Part shown: in pieces, positions 14,256 to 29,172 of the stretch
How the letters are laid out: the number at the start of each line of letters is the position of its first letter
Position numbering within the stretch: position 1 is the first letter of the stretch
From: the human T2T-CHM13v2.0 reference genome, Homo sapiens
Direction: 5' to 3' (one strand)
Length of the DNA: 64,000 nucleotides
Assembly: GCF_009914755.1 (NCBI RefSeq)
Contig: NC_060925.1
Notes under the pieces: generated by a model
Database searches by the model: none
What the model saw: only the letters and a program-made list of their open reading frames with translations
What the model was told of the DNA's origin: nothing
Position numbers and translations under genes: made by a program

Positions 14256-14550
14256 GACACTCACTTTTGAGACCCAGCCACCATGTTGTGGGGAAGCCAC
14301 GGGTGGTAGTTTTAGCCAACAGCATTAGACAAATTGACAGCCAGCCTCAACCACCAGACACATGAGTAAGTTAGCCTGCAGCCGATTCCAGTTCCCAGCC
14401 TCAAATCATCCCAGCTGAAGCCAAGTGGAACAGAGGCAAGCCTTCTCCACCCAGCCCTGCCAAAATTGCAGATTCATGAGCAAAATAAATGTTGGTATTT
14501 TAAGAAGCTGAGTTTTGGGGTAATTTGTTATATAGAAATAGGAACTGGAA
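14000..14550 (+). mobile_element. MLT1G/H-type MaLR LTR with internal (CT)n
   Basis: gagatggaatctattttt...cttgaaactggg...cagattcatgagcaaaataaatg; (ct)n at 14223-14251. Confidence 0.7.
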
Positions 14551-17500
14551 AAGTCCTTTAATGCCTAAGAGGAAGAGCATGCTGAAAGGGTGCCAGTAAG
14601 TGGTATGTGCTGGGCTGAAATTCTTGATCATAAAGAGGCCTGGCAGCAGGTGAGAAACTTAGAATAGTTACAGAGAGGATATGTAGCATTCCAGGCCACA
14701 AGAAACCTATAGTCTGGCGAGAAAGGGATACTTGTGGCTTCAGGTGAAACCTCCTAACTGAAGCATGTGCATGAGCAAAAGAGAATGCAGGGCTGCAAGA
14801 GTCACAAATGCCTGAGAGGATAGAGGCACCTGGTGACAAATATCCATTTTTCAAGAGGACCTAGTCATAGATCTTGAAAAGAACATTACCTAAAGGCTCC
14901 AGGGAGGATAAACAAAGTAGGAAAAGCAAAAGAAGTTTTTTCTGTTCTCTGTCTAAATTGCAAAGGATAGAGACTTGATGGGAAAGATTAATCAGTAATC
15001 AATGAAAACATGACATCCACAAAGGCTCCTCTGATGTGAAATATGAATGTAATAGGTGACAAATGGTGGGACAAAACCATCAGTTCGTGTTCACCTCCAT
15101 TTCACCGCCAGGACAGCTTAGGCAAATTTAGATAGTTTACCCCATCAGTAAAAAGATTTCAAACACATACCACCAATATATGTATTTTATTTGTAAATTA
15201 TATTCATATACAACTCTACTGATATGGTATGTACATTTAAAAATATACACAAAATAAAGATACAAATATGAATAGAATTTTTTAGTTAACAATATCTTCC
15301 TCAATGTTGAGTTATCTTGTGTCCCACTTAGGAGACTAATGCATTAAGAGTTTAGATTTTAGACTTAGACCTTAGTAATAATCATGATCAGGACACCACA
15401 TTTCTGTATGGTTTTGTGTATGTTACTTAACCATTCTAGGTTACATCTCATTATAATAGGATAACTAAGCACTGTACAAATAGATGCCATTACATAATGA
15501 CTGAAAAACTATAGAGGCTTACATTGTGCTCAGTTAACAGTCTAAGCAGCTGTTTGGATAGGCTGGAGGCTTTCTTCCATGCTGTGACTCAGGGAACTGG
15601 TTTCTTTTCTCTTGGGTCTCTACTCTCCCTAAGGATCTTACATTACATGCATCTAGTCAGTGCAAGAAGAAACAGAGGGTTGAGGATGCACCCTCTCTTA
15701 AAAGCTCTGCTCAGGAAATGGCATCCATCACCTCTATTCTGCAGGAGAAAATTTAATTATGTGCCTAGCTGCAAGGGATGCTGGAAAATGTAGTCTAGCT
15801 TTCTATGCCTGGCCATAGTTCTATAATTATGGAAGGAGGGAAGGATAGATGTGACCTCCTCTTTATAAATTATTATCTGCCTATAAATTATTATAATTTT
15901 ACAAGGGAGTAAATTGAAAGTGATCTCCTCACATTGAATGTGAGGAAATTATAAAATTATAAGTAATAATGCCTTATCCATGAGATATATTTGGAGGATT
16001 AAATGCAGAATATCCATGTAGACACTTGGCCCAGTCCTGGGACATTCCAGATGCTAAATAAGTCTCAGCCTCCTGGGGAGAGGGGAGAAGCAGGAGTGCT
16101 GGGAAGGAGTTTGATGAAAGAAGGAATTGTCTCTAAGGTGGGAGGCCTGGATCTTCAATGTGACTTTGTCACCAGCCTGGGATCTTGGACAACTCACTTT
16201 CCCTCTGGGCCTCAGTTTGCTTACCTATGAAATGAGAATATTGAGCTTGTGATTTATGGGTTTCCATATCTTTCCACTTTCAGCCTTCCATTATTATCTC
16301 TTATGTTTTTGGGCCATCACTAGACGGACTCCCTCGAGGACAGAGACTGGATCTTTTATCCCTAGAACCCTGTGCTGGGCTGGCTTTCTGCAAACCAGAC
16401 ACCTTTTCTGTTCTCTCCATTTGCTCCACCCCCATCCCAATCCTCAGGCCTGTTATGCTACCTAAGGCCATCCATGATGCAGGAAAAATCATTTGATGCC
16501 TACCTACCTATCTTATCTGCATGTTACAAGTCCTCATCCCATTGGGTTCCATTTGATCAAAAAGGCCTGAGGTTGGAACTTTGGGTACTTAATGACTGCA
16601 GGATCTTTTAGAGCTGGTGGCAGGGGGTGGGGAGTCTTCCTTCAAATTCTACTGCAGTGGCCTTCCCTGCTGAGACAGCATGGAAGGTATGCCCCCCAGA
16701 GGATCATAGCCTACTATGAGAAAAGACATTAACTTCACTTTTCTTTCTCTTCCAATTTATCTTTAGAGTAAAACACTGTCTATTGATAATGTGGAAGCTC
16801 AGGCCTCCCTCCTTCCTCCTCCTGTGCCCCTGGACAACACGCCCACATACACACTCTAGTTATAGAGCAAGAAAACCATGACCAAGGTGGGGACAAACCC
16901 AACACTGCTTATAGTGTCCAGATGGCTCACCTATCCCTTCCACATAGGTTCTGAATCCACAGGCAGAATAGAAAAATTAACAGAAGGATAGAGTGCAAAT
17001 ATTTCTATTATTAGCTGGCCCATGATTTCTGTCAGACTCATTTTCATAAGGGAAATATCTTGTCTCCAGTTTATCTCATCAGCAGGGAGCAGGGCTATAA
17101 CAAGCACTAATAATTGCAACATTCTACCATTTACAGAGAGCACTTTCACACTGATTACCTTATTTGAGACTCATCAGTGAGACTTATCATTGTGACTTGC
17201 CCAGCATCACAGAGCTCATACATGGCAAAGACAGGACTGGCATCCATGTCTTTGGGCTCAAAGCTACTTTAAAATACAAAACTATTCAAATCAAACATTT
17301 TCCTTTCCAAAGGAAGAACCAATCAATGATGTAGAAAAATTGTTCAAGCTCATTGGCAGAACTTTCCTCTCAAATTCTCATCCTAAACACAGTATTTATA
17401 GTCAATTGCCAGGCTGACAGTATTTCCTGCAAACGACAAATGTTTCCACCTGCTTCCTAAGTGCACCTGTGAAATCTACACGACACCACTGTCATGATTC

Positions 17501-18323
17501 AATTACCAACCGATGTAAGGCCTGCTCCTATCTAGCTCTTCTCTCCCTGTTTCCCCACCCCTCTCCTTTTGTTTCATGTAGGAAACTGAAAATATTCTTA
17601 TTGGGTAAAGCCAGGAGATGGGAATGCAACATTTGCTACTACATCTTTCATTAGACTCCAAAGTTAAAATAATTCATGTAGATGGCAAGGTCATCAGGGC
17701 TCTGCCAGTGTATTTTAGAAGAGTCATTTTCTACAATTTAGATGGCAGGCTAAATGTCAACTCTAATAAGGTAGAAAATTCTTACAGTGGAAAACTCAGT
17801 GTGTGCGTGTTTCTGACTACAAACTCTGAGGACCCACTGTGCATCGCCTTATTTAGAGATCATTTTTATTTTGTTCTTGCATAATGAAGAGGCTCGATTC
17901 CAATCTCAAAGGCAAATGCATATGGAGATATAAAGAATAAAAGGGGTGAGAGGGAGAAGCAATTTAAAACCCAACAGTATCTCTCTCAGCAAAATGAATA
18001 ATTAAATTTCAGATTTGTCTTCTATCAAAAATGGTAATACGGGCAGCCATTGAGGGAAGTGTGGCCATGGCATATTAATGATGGATGAAATGAAACATTA
18101 TATCATTCTATTATTACTATGTGAAGCTAGGTGTGAGAGAAGAGGACCAGCTTATGGAAGCAGAGTGTTCCGGGAGATGAAGGTACACTATAGTTTTGTG
18201 ATCCTACCTTGCCCTTGAGTTCCATTTGGACTAAGGAAAAATTTTATTCGGGTTTTATTATTATTGTTCCTTTCTCTCTCTCACTCTCTCCATAGCCCAT
18301 CACAGCCCTCTGTGTGTGAGGGC

Positions 18324-18614
18324 TTTTTTTTTTTTTTGAGACAAAGTCTAGCTCTGTCACCCAGGCTGGAGTGCAGTGGCATGATCTCAGCTCACTGCAA
18401 CCTCCCCTCCTGGGTTCAAGTGATTCTCCTGACTCAGCCTCTGAGTAACTGGGACTAGAGGTGCGTGCCACTACACCCAGCCAATTTCTGTATTTCTAGT
18501 AGAGACGGGTTTCACCATGCCGGCCAGGATGGTCATGATCTCTTGACCTCGTGATCCGCCTGCCTTGGCCTTCCAAAGTGCTGAGATTACAGGCATGAGC
18601 CACCGTGTCTGGCC
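18324..18614 (-). mobile_element. AluS
   Basis: Full Alu; TSD cagccctctgtgt. Confidence 0.95.
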
Positions 18615-18676
18615 CAGCCCTCTGTGTTTAAGATTAGATTGGCTAAATTCAGGCCTGGTTAAAAAACTTTGACCTA

Positions 18677-19555
<879 letters not shown>

Positions 19556-20180
19556 AAAAGACTTCACTGGGTGGACCTTTAAATGGTGTCTTTCACAAAG
19601 AGACTTAGCAAATTATAACATATGTTCATCTGGGACCCAGGATGGATCGATCTTGGTACAAACATAGTCCCACCAAGAAGTAAAGGTAAACAACTAAAAA
19701 TAATTAAAATGCAATTCTGGTCTTTCCTCTCCTGTCCTCTCCTTTTTCCTCTCTCACTGCTCTGCTCTGGAACCTCCCGTTCACTTAAGCCCGATCTCCT
19801 CTTTCCTCCCTGGACCATCCTTGAGTTCTAAGCCCCATGGCCCTCACAGCTGCTCCTCTGCCTCTCTCCTGATTTTCCAGTCCTGTCTGTTTCAATGCAT
19901 TCTCGCTCTTATTTCATATTCTTAACACTTCTGTATGCTGCTTCTTTATTAAAATAAGGTATACAAAACCATTACAATAAACCTCTGGAGTAGAGCATTC
20001 TGAAAGTCTAAGGGACAAGTTAGCAAGGAAAGACATTTTAAAGGTCTCATCCAGGGAGGTAACCATGGGGGATTAAAAGGCCTTACTGTGCCGAGATAAT
20101 TTGCATCTTGTTTGATATACAAAAGAGAAGAGTTTGTTTATGAACTTTGGGTGAAGGAAGTCAACTGCTAGAATAATAAG

Positions 20181-21061
<881 letters not shown>

Positions 21062-21926
21062 GTAAGCACTTGCAAGTTAACCAGGGGAAGAAACGGATGA
21101 ATAGTAATAGGATGAAGCCAAAAAAAAAAAAAAAAAAAAAGGAACACAACATTGTAAGTATAAGGTAGGATTAAATAAAAAGTTCTCATGTGGATGAGAG
21201 CAATTACCTTCTAATTGCTCTCCCTGAGACAAGTCTAACCTGTCACATACTTAACCTCCACACAAGACCATGGCAATCTGTGATCACGACCTGACTCCCC
21301 CTGTGCCCCCACCTTGCATGCTAAGTCATCCACTGGGCAAAGCCCAACTCTGCCACACAAGCCTCCCTACCTTGAAGACTTGCTTTTCGCTACTCTCCTC
21401 CATCTTGGAACCTATTGCCAGGACCTCCTTTCTTCTGGGAATTGCTACCCCGCACACATCCACATGGTTACCATTTGAGCTGTGGTGTCTGTGTAACCTT
21501 TGGCCACAGTTGGTTGGTTCTGGGATGGGCACTTGACCAAATAGGGACCAATTACAGTCCCTTCTCCACATCACACCTCCCCTACTACAGTTGGTTGGTC
21601 CAGAAGTCAGAACTCAGCTGAAGTGAGCGAATTACAATGCTTCTCCAGGACGTCTTGGAACTAGAATGGAGAAGGAGAGATAAGTCTTTTTCAGAAGTTA
21701 AAGCTGTTGTGTTAAAACTTTAAGAACCTTGGCAGCCATGTGTCCTGATGTCTGGAACAGAGACATCATTAGGAGAAAGAGAGGTTAGAAAGGAAAGAGA
21801 GAAAGAGAGATATCAGAAGAAAGCCGAGCTGAAGGTCAAAAGGGCCTGACAGTGTTCAAGTTCTTCATTATATCCCTTTCTGAAGGCCTGTGACTTCCTT
21901 GGAGTCCACAAGAAAGCCCAGTATGC

Positions 21927-22287
<361 letters not shown>

Positions 22288-22618
22288 TTACCTCTAAAAT
22301 TAAGAAATTGCTTTGGTTCCTTGCATATAGTGTGCTAGTAAATGAGCCCTTCAAAAAACAAAAACAGAGCCAGCACCAGTTGCCACTGCACTGTCCCAAG
22401 GTTTCTGGCTTCCGTGTCTTGGTTTATTGGGTTCTCTCTCCTCCCAATGCCCTTCTCATCAGCTTTCTCCCTTGGCTTGGATACCTTTTCAAAGTATATT
22501 TCCTCTACCAGGTCTCCTGGGAAGCCTTTTCTAACTCCCTCCCTGTTCCCTTAGCTCCCTTTGTTTGCCTCTATTGTAGTACTCAGCACATTAAACTGAA
22601 TTTATATAAAGACTTATG

Positions 22619-23019
22619 TTTTCCGCTCACGTCCGTGTGAAGAGACCACTAAACAGGCTTTGTGTGAGCAACAAGGCTGTTTATTTCACCTGGGTGCAGG
22701 TGGGCTGAATCAGAAGAGAGCGAAGGGAGATAGGGGCGGGGCTGTTTTATAGGATTTGGGTAGGTAAAGGAAGATTACAGTCAAAGGGGGTTGTTCTCTG
22801 GCTGGCAGGGGTGGGGGGGGGTCACAAGGTGCTCAGCGGGGGAGCTTTTGAGCCAGGATGAGCCAGGAGAAGGAATTTCACAAGGTAATGTCATCAGTTA
22901 AGGCAGGAGCAGACCATTTTCACTTCTTTTGTGATTCTTCAGTTACTTCAGGCCATCTGGATGTATACATGCAGGTCACAGAGGATATGATGGCTTAGCC
23001 TGGGCTCAGAGGCCTGACA
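22619..23019 (-). repeat. 3' LTR7 of HERV-H
   Basis: Minus strand starts tgtcaggcctctgagcccagg; AATAAA at 22680-22685 (minus). Confidence 0.95.
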
Positions 23020-23809
23020 TTCCTGTCTTCTTATATTAATAAGAAAAATAAAACAAAATAGTGTTGAAGTGTTGGGGTGGTGAAAATTTTGGGGGGTGAT
23101 CTGGAGAGATAATGGGCGATGTTTCTCAGGGCTGCTTTGAGTGGGATTGGGGCAGCGTGGGGACCTACAGTGGGAGAGATTAAGCTGAAGGAAGATTTTG
23201 TGGTAAGGGGTGATATTGTGGGGTTGTTAGAAGAAACATTTGTCATATAGAATTATTGGTGATGGCCTGGATACGGTTTTGTATGAATTGAAAAACTAAA
23301 CAGAATAAGAGGAGAAAAACAGGTATTAAAGGACTAAGAATTGGGAGGACCCAGGACATCCAATTAGAGAGTGCCCAAGGAGGTTCAGCATAGCCCTGCC
23401 AGCAAAGATTATTTATTTACTTTAAGAGCGAGTTAAGAGTGGCAGTTTGGAGATAGCACCAGGAGATATCAGATGTGATGGCTTGGAGAAACAGTGTAAA
23501 CCGGCAGCATAAACAAGAGCAGGGCTTGTATGAGTAGTTGAGAACAGTGAATAGGAGTGTGACCAGACAGAAGATAGTAGGGATGACAAGTTTTTCGGGG
23601 TACAGTCCAAGTTGGTCTGGTGTCTGGAATGAGACTGGGGCTTAATAAAAAGGAGCGTCTATACAGGAGCTCAAATGGGCTGTACCCTGTAGCATTCTGA
23701 GGACAGGCCTGAATTCTGATAAGGGCAAGTGGTAAAAGTATTGTCCGGTACTTTTTAAGTTGGTGGCTGAGCTTGGTGAGGTGTGTTTTTAAAAGACCAT
23801 TAGTCTGTT

Positions 23810-24918
23810 CTACCTTTCCTGAAGATTGAGGATGGTAAGGGATATAAAGGTTTCACTGAATACCAACAGCCTGAAATACTGCTTGAGTGATTTGACTAAT
23901 AAAGGCTGGTCTGTTATCAGACTGTATAGAGGTGGGAAGGCCAACTGAGGAATTATGTCTGACAGAAGGGAAGAAATGACTGCAGTGGCCTTCTCAGACC
24001 CTGTGGGAAAAGCCTCTACCCACCCAGTGAAAGTGTCTACCCAGACCAAGAGGTATTTTAGTTTCCTGACTGAGGCATGTGAGTAAAGTCAATTTGCCAG
24101 TCCTGGGTGGGGACAAATCCCCGAGCTTGATGTGTAGGGAAGTGGGGGGGCCTGAACAATCCCTGAGGAGTAGTAGAATAGCAGATGGAACACTGAGAAG
24201 TGATTTCCTTAAGGTTAGATTTCCATGATTGAAAGGAAATGAGAGGTTCTAAGAGGTGGGCTAGCAGCTTGTAACCTCCATGGAAGAGGTTATGAAATGA
24301 TGACAGAATAGAATGGGCCTGTGAGGCTGGAAGGAGATATTTTCCTTGGTCCAAGAACCATTTGCCTTGTGTAGGAAGAGATCGATAGGTGGAAGTTTCA
24401 GTGGGAGAGTAGGTGGGAGTGGCCAGATGAGAAGGAGAAAAACTGCCGTGAGGGATAGAAGTTGGAACGCTAGCTGCTTTTTTAGCTACCTTATCAGCAT
24501 AAGCATTGTCCTGAGTGATGGAATCTGATGACTTTTGATGGCCCTTGCAGTGAGTGACTCCAGCTTCCTTTGGAAGTAAAGCAGCTTTGAGAAGAGTTTT
24601 TATTAAAGAGGCATTAATGATAGAGGACCCTTGCATAGTGAGGAAATTTCTTTCTGCCCATATAACAGCATGGTGGTGCAGGATATGGAAGGCATATTTA
24701 GAGTCAGTATAAATATTGATGCATAGTCCTTTTGTAAGAGCGAGGGCTTGAGTTAAGGCAATGAGTTTGGCTTTTTGAGAGGTAGTGGAGGGGGGCAGAG
24801 AGGTAGCCTCAATGATAGGTATGGAAGATACTACAGCATAGCCTGCCTTTGCTGGTAAGTGGCAATTAGGCCTGGTGGAGCTGCCATCAATAAACCAATA
24901 GTGTTCAGGGTTTATCAA
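23810..24918 (-). pseudogene. pol: HERV-H pol RNase H plus integrase remnant (286-codon open frame 24058-24918, then frameshift)
   Basis: WFIDGSS, AGYAVV, NIYTDSKYAF, HCKGHQ (RNase H); CSIC zinc-finger end, [11 protein letters not shown] and [15 protein letters not shown] (integrase). Confidence 0.92.
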
Positions 24919-25450
24919 TAAACCAATAGTGAACAGGAAAGAAGGAAATATGGGGAAATGGAGTGAATGTCAGGTGGATCAGAGAGATACAGTCATGGGG
25001 GTCAGGTGTGGTATCAGGAATAATGTGGGAGGCCGGATTGAAGTCTGGGCCAGGAACAATGGAACTGTGGGAGATTCAACAATGAGTAAGTATAGCTGAA
25101 GGAGCTGGGGAGCAGAAAGTATATGCATCATGTGGGAGGAAGAAAATAGATTTTGGAAGTTATGAGAATTTTAGAGAGTGAGTTGAGCATAGTTTGTGAT
25201 TTTGAGGTCCTCTAAAAGTATTAAGGCAGTGGCAGCTGCTGCACACAGACATGAGGACTAGGCTAAAACAGTAAGGTCAAGTTGTTTGGATAAAAAGGCT
25301 ACAGGGCACAGTCCTGGCTCTTGTGTAAGAATTCTGACTGCACTAACCATGCCTAGGAAGGAAAGGAGTTGTTGTTTTGTAGAAGGGATTGGGGTTTGGG
25401 AGATTAGTCGGACATGATCAGCAGGGAGAGCACGTGTGTTTTTATGAGAA

Positions 25451-26360
25451 TTATGCCAAGATATGTAACAGATGAGGAAGAAATTTGGGCTTGACTGAGC
25501 CTATCTGTGAAGCCTTGTGGCAGTACAGCCCAGGTAATTTGCTGAGCCTAATGGGTGTCAGGGTCAGTCCAAGTGAAAGCAAAGAGAGGCTGGGATGAAG
25601 GGTGCAAAGGAATAGTAAAGAAAGCATGTTTGAGATCCATAACAGAATAATGGGTTGTGGAGGGAGGTATTGAGGATAGGAGAGTACATGGGTTTGGCAC
25701 CACGGGGTGGATAGGCAAAACAATTTGATTGATAAGGCGCAGATCCTGAACTAACTTGTAAGACTTGTCCGGTTTTTGGACATGTAAAATAGGGGAATTG
25801 TATGGAGAGTATACAGGTTTCAGAAGCCCATGCTGTAGCAGGCGAGTGATAACAGGCTTTAATCCTTTTAAAGTGGGCTGTGGGATGGGATATTGGCATT
25901 GAGTGGGGTAAGGGTGATTAGGTTTTAATGGGATGGTAAGTGGTGCATGATTGGTCGCCAAGGAGGGAGTAGAGGTGTCCTATACTTGTGGTTTAAGGTG
26001 GGGAGATACAAGGGGAGGATGTGAAGGAAGCTTTGAACTGGGGGAAAAGGTGGCAATGAGGTGTGGCTGTAGCCCAGGAATAGTCAGGGAAGCAGATAAT
26101 TTAGTTAAAATGCCTAGACCTAATAAGGGAGCTGGGCAGGTGGGATTAACTAAAAAGCAGTGCATTAAAGAATGTTATCCAAGTTGGCACCAGAGTTGGG
26201 GAGTTTTAAGAGGTTTAGAAGCCTGGTTGTCAATACCCACAACAGTTATGGAGACAAGGGAAACAGGCCCTTGAAAAGGTAATGTGGAGTGTGTAGCCTC
26301 TGTATTGATTAAGAAGGGGATGGACTTACCTTCCACTGTAAGAGTTACCCAAAGCTCGGC
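25451..26360 (-). pseudogene. pol: HERV-H protease and truncated reverse transcriptase remnant
   Basis: Protease C-term FLVNPTCPAPLLG; RT SPYNSPILHVQKPDKSYKLVQDLRLINQ, DLKHAFFTIPL; after LPQGF the frame jumps to the VTYLG region so YxDD is missing. Confidence 0.9.
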
Positions 26361-26499
26361 GTCCGTGATGGTCCAGGGGGCTTCCGAGGTGACGGGGCTG
26401 CGTCAGTCTTCAGCCGCTAAGCCAAGCAGATCTGGGAAGGAGTCAGTCAGAGAGCCTTGGGCCAGAGTTCCAGGGGCTCTGGGAGTGGCTGCTGGGCAA

Positions 26500-27680
26500 G
26501 TTGGAGAGTCTGATATCCAGTGGGGTCCCGTACAGATGGGACACAGCTTAGGAGGAATCCCAGGCTGCGGGCATTCCTTGGCCCAGTGGCCAGATTTCTG
26601 GCACTTGAAGCAAGCTCCTGGGGGAGGAGGTTCTGGAGGAACCCCTGGAAGCTGCGGTTCAGGCGTTTGGAGCTCCTGTGTGCTAGAGATGTGGCTGGGG
26701 TTTGTCTCACAGTGGAGGTAAGGAATTGCAACTCAGAAATACATTGCTACTTGGCTGCCTCTACTGTATTATTGTACACCTTGAAAGTGAGGTTAATTAA
26801 GTCCTGTTGTGGGGTTTGAGGGCTGGAATTTATTTAATTTTTGGAGTTTTATTTAATGTCAGGAGCTGGCTGGGTGATAAAATGCATATTTAGAATGAGA
26901 TGGACTTCTGACCCTTCCGAGTCTAGGGCTGTAAAGAGTCTAAGGGTTGCTGCTAAAGGGGCCAAGAACTGGGCTGGGTTTTTCATATTTGATGAAAAAG
27001 AGCCTAAACGCTAACTGATTTGGGAGAGGTCGGGTAAAGAAAAAGGAGCATTAACCTTGACTATGCCTTCAGCTCCAGCCACCTTTTTAAGAGGAAATTG
27101 CTGGGCAGGTTGGGGAGGGCTAGTCATGGAATGAAACTGTAAGCGGGACCAGGTGTGAGGAGGGGAGTTGATAAAAGGATTATAGGGTGGAGGAGCGGAG
27201 GCTGAGGAAGAATTGGAACCTGGCGCGGCCTGGCAAGGAGCAGCCTGGGGAGGAGGGGAGAGGTCAGATGGGTCTGTAAAAAAAAAAAAAAAAAGGAAGA
27301 TTGGAAAGACTCAGCAACACTTGGGATTGGGACTGAGGGGACAGGCGGAGGGAAAGAAGGAAGATTTGTGATGAGTTGCATTGGGAACAGAGACTAGGGA
27401 GGGACCAATGTGTAAAAGAATGCCTGGACGTCAGGCACCTCAGACCGTTTGCCCATTTTATGACAAGAATTATCTAGATCTTGTAGGATGGAAAAATTGA
27501 AAGTGCCATTTTCTGGCCATTTAGAGCCATTGTCAAGTTTGTATTGGGGCCAAGTAGTGTTGCAGAAGAAAATAAGGCATTTAGGTTTTAGATCAGGTGT
27601 GAGTTGAAGAGGTTTTAAGTTTTTGAGAACACAGGCTAAGGGAGAAGAGGGAGGAATGGAGGGTGGAAGGTTGTCCATAG
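26500..27680 (-). pseudogene. gag: HERV-H gag remnant (matrix-like N-terminus; nucleocapsid zinc knuckles)
   Basis: MDNLPPSIPPSSPLACVLKNL...FFCNTTWPQYKLDNGSKWPENGT; CFKCQKSGHWAKEC knuckle near 26570-26615; broken by stops and frameshifts. Confidence 0.88.
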
Positions 27681-28219
27681 TGAAGGAGGCAAGCCCAGAG
27701 AAAAGAGAGGCTAGAGACATGGAAAGAAGGGGTGGGGGGTGCTTGCCCCCCAGGAAAGTGGAAAAGGGGTAGAGACATGGAGAGAAGGAGTAGGGGGGTG
27801 CTTGCCCTCCAGAAAAGTGGTGCTTGCCACTAAGGGTGAAGGACCAAGGCAGAAAAGAGAGGGTAGAGACATGGAGAGAAGGGGTCGGGGGGTGCTTGCC
27901 CCCCAGAAAAGTGGTGCTTGCCGCTAAGGGTGAAGGACCAAGGCAGGCATCCCCATGTGGTCAGACACCTCTGAAACGTGGGTGAATAATCAGGCAGGCA
28001 TCCCCGCGTGATTAAACACCAAGGGAAGACTGTCGTCCTGAGTCCATGAGTGGTGCCGGAGTTTTGGGTTCATGGATAAAATGCGTCTCCTGTCTCTACC
28101 AGAAAAGGAAAGGAACTGAAATTAAGAGAAGGCAGAGATTGAAAGATGGCGCCAAGATTGAAAGGAGAAAGAGGTTGAGGGATAGTCAGAGAGGTTAGAG
28201 AAGAGAGTAAAAAGAGGCC

Positions 28220-28228
28220 GCTTACCCG
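28220..28228 (-). promoter_or_regulatory. HERV-H major splice donor
   Basis: CGG|gtaagc in the leader ~145 nt past the 5' LTR. Confidence 0.75.
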
Positions 28229-28351
28229 ATTTAAAATTGGTGAGATGTTCCTTGGGCTGGTTGGTCTGAGGACCCAAGGTTGTAGATGGATCTTTCTCAC
28301 AGAGCAAACAGCAGGAGGACAGGGGATTGAGCTCCCAAGGGAGGTCCCCCG

Positions 28352-28369
28352 ATCCGAGTCAGGGCACCA
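28352..28369 (-). promoter_or_regulatory. Primer binding site, tRNA-His
   Basis: TGGTGCCCTGACTCGGAT, 17/18 match to TGGTGCCGTGACTCGGAT, adjacent to the 5' LTR. Confidence 0.92.
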
Positions 28370-28371
28370 AA

Positions 28372-28772
28372 TTTCACTTGTGTCCGTGTGAAGAGACCAC
28401 CAAACAGGCTTTGTGTGAGCAACAAGGCCATTTATTTTACCTGGGTGCAGGTGGGCTGAGTCTGAAAAGAGAGTCAGTGAAGGGAGATAGGGGTGGGGCT
28501 GTTTTATAGGATTTGGGTAGGTAAAGGAAAATTACAGTCAAAGGGGGTTGTTCTCTGGCTGGCAGGAGTGGGGGTCACAAGGTGCTCAGCAGGGGAGCTT
28601 TTGAGCCAGGATGAGCCAGGAGAAGGAATTTCACAAGGTAATGTCATCAGTTAAGGCAGGAACAGGCCATTTTCACTTCTTTTGTGATTCTTCAGTTACT
28701 TCAGGCCATCTGGATGTATACATGCAGGTCACAGAGGATATGATGGCTTAGCTTGGGCTCAGAGGCCTGACA
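28372..28772 (-). promoter_or_regulatory. 5' LTR7 of HERV-H (promoter)
   Basis: tgtcaggcctctgagcccaagctaagcc start; TATA box cctataaaa near 28502-28510; ACAAAAGA SOX-type motif at 28678-28685. Confidence 0.93.
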
Positions 28773-29172
28773 TTATATGCCCCTCCAGGCTACCAAGGCT
28801 ATGTCAGTCATCTCTGTAGCCCCCATGCCAGCCCACATACTTGCTGCCCAGGACTGTCTTGGAGAGACTTGGAAAAGCTCTGGGTGCTCTTTGGCAGAAG
28901 ATCCCTGGCTGAGACACTGCAGTAGGAGCCAGGCCCTTAGGGGACAGCCAGCAGAGTAAAGGCTCAACTGGCCAGAGCCCTGTGTGATGCTTAGTTCAGG
29001 ACAGCCCTGCTGAAATTGCTGGGGGCACTAATGAATCCAGTAAATAAATCATTGTCAGATGGAGCTTAGCTGTTCTCCTTGGAAATTGGCCACGGTCACA
29101 ATGCAAGCAGTACCAGATGTGTCAGGGTGTCATACTCCAAGTATCAAAAAAATCAGTCTTTGTGGATAAATA

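Larger units (their letters stand above)
22619..28772 (-). mobile_element. HERV-H provirus, two LTR7, deleted non-autonomous form (no intact env, RT deletion)
   Basis: Paired LTRs, His PBS, PPT aagaagacaggaa, gag/pro/pol remnants; near-TSD ttatg/ttata; 6.15 kb. Confidence 0.97.

Noticed and set aside
16931-16950. Possible 20-nt minus-strand microexon (cag acceptor, TAG|gtgagc donor)
   Set aside because: Isolated splice-like signals of this quality occur by chance; no corroboration
26284-26819. + strand ORFs of 145 and 99 aa inside HERV-H
   Set aside because: Antisense shadows of gag/pro with non-ATG starts
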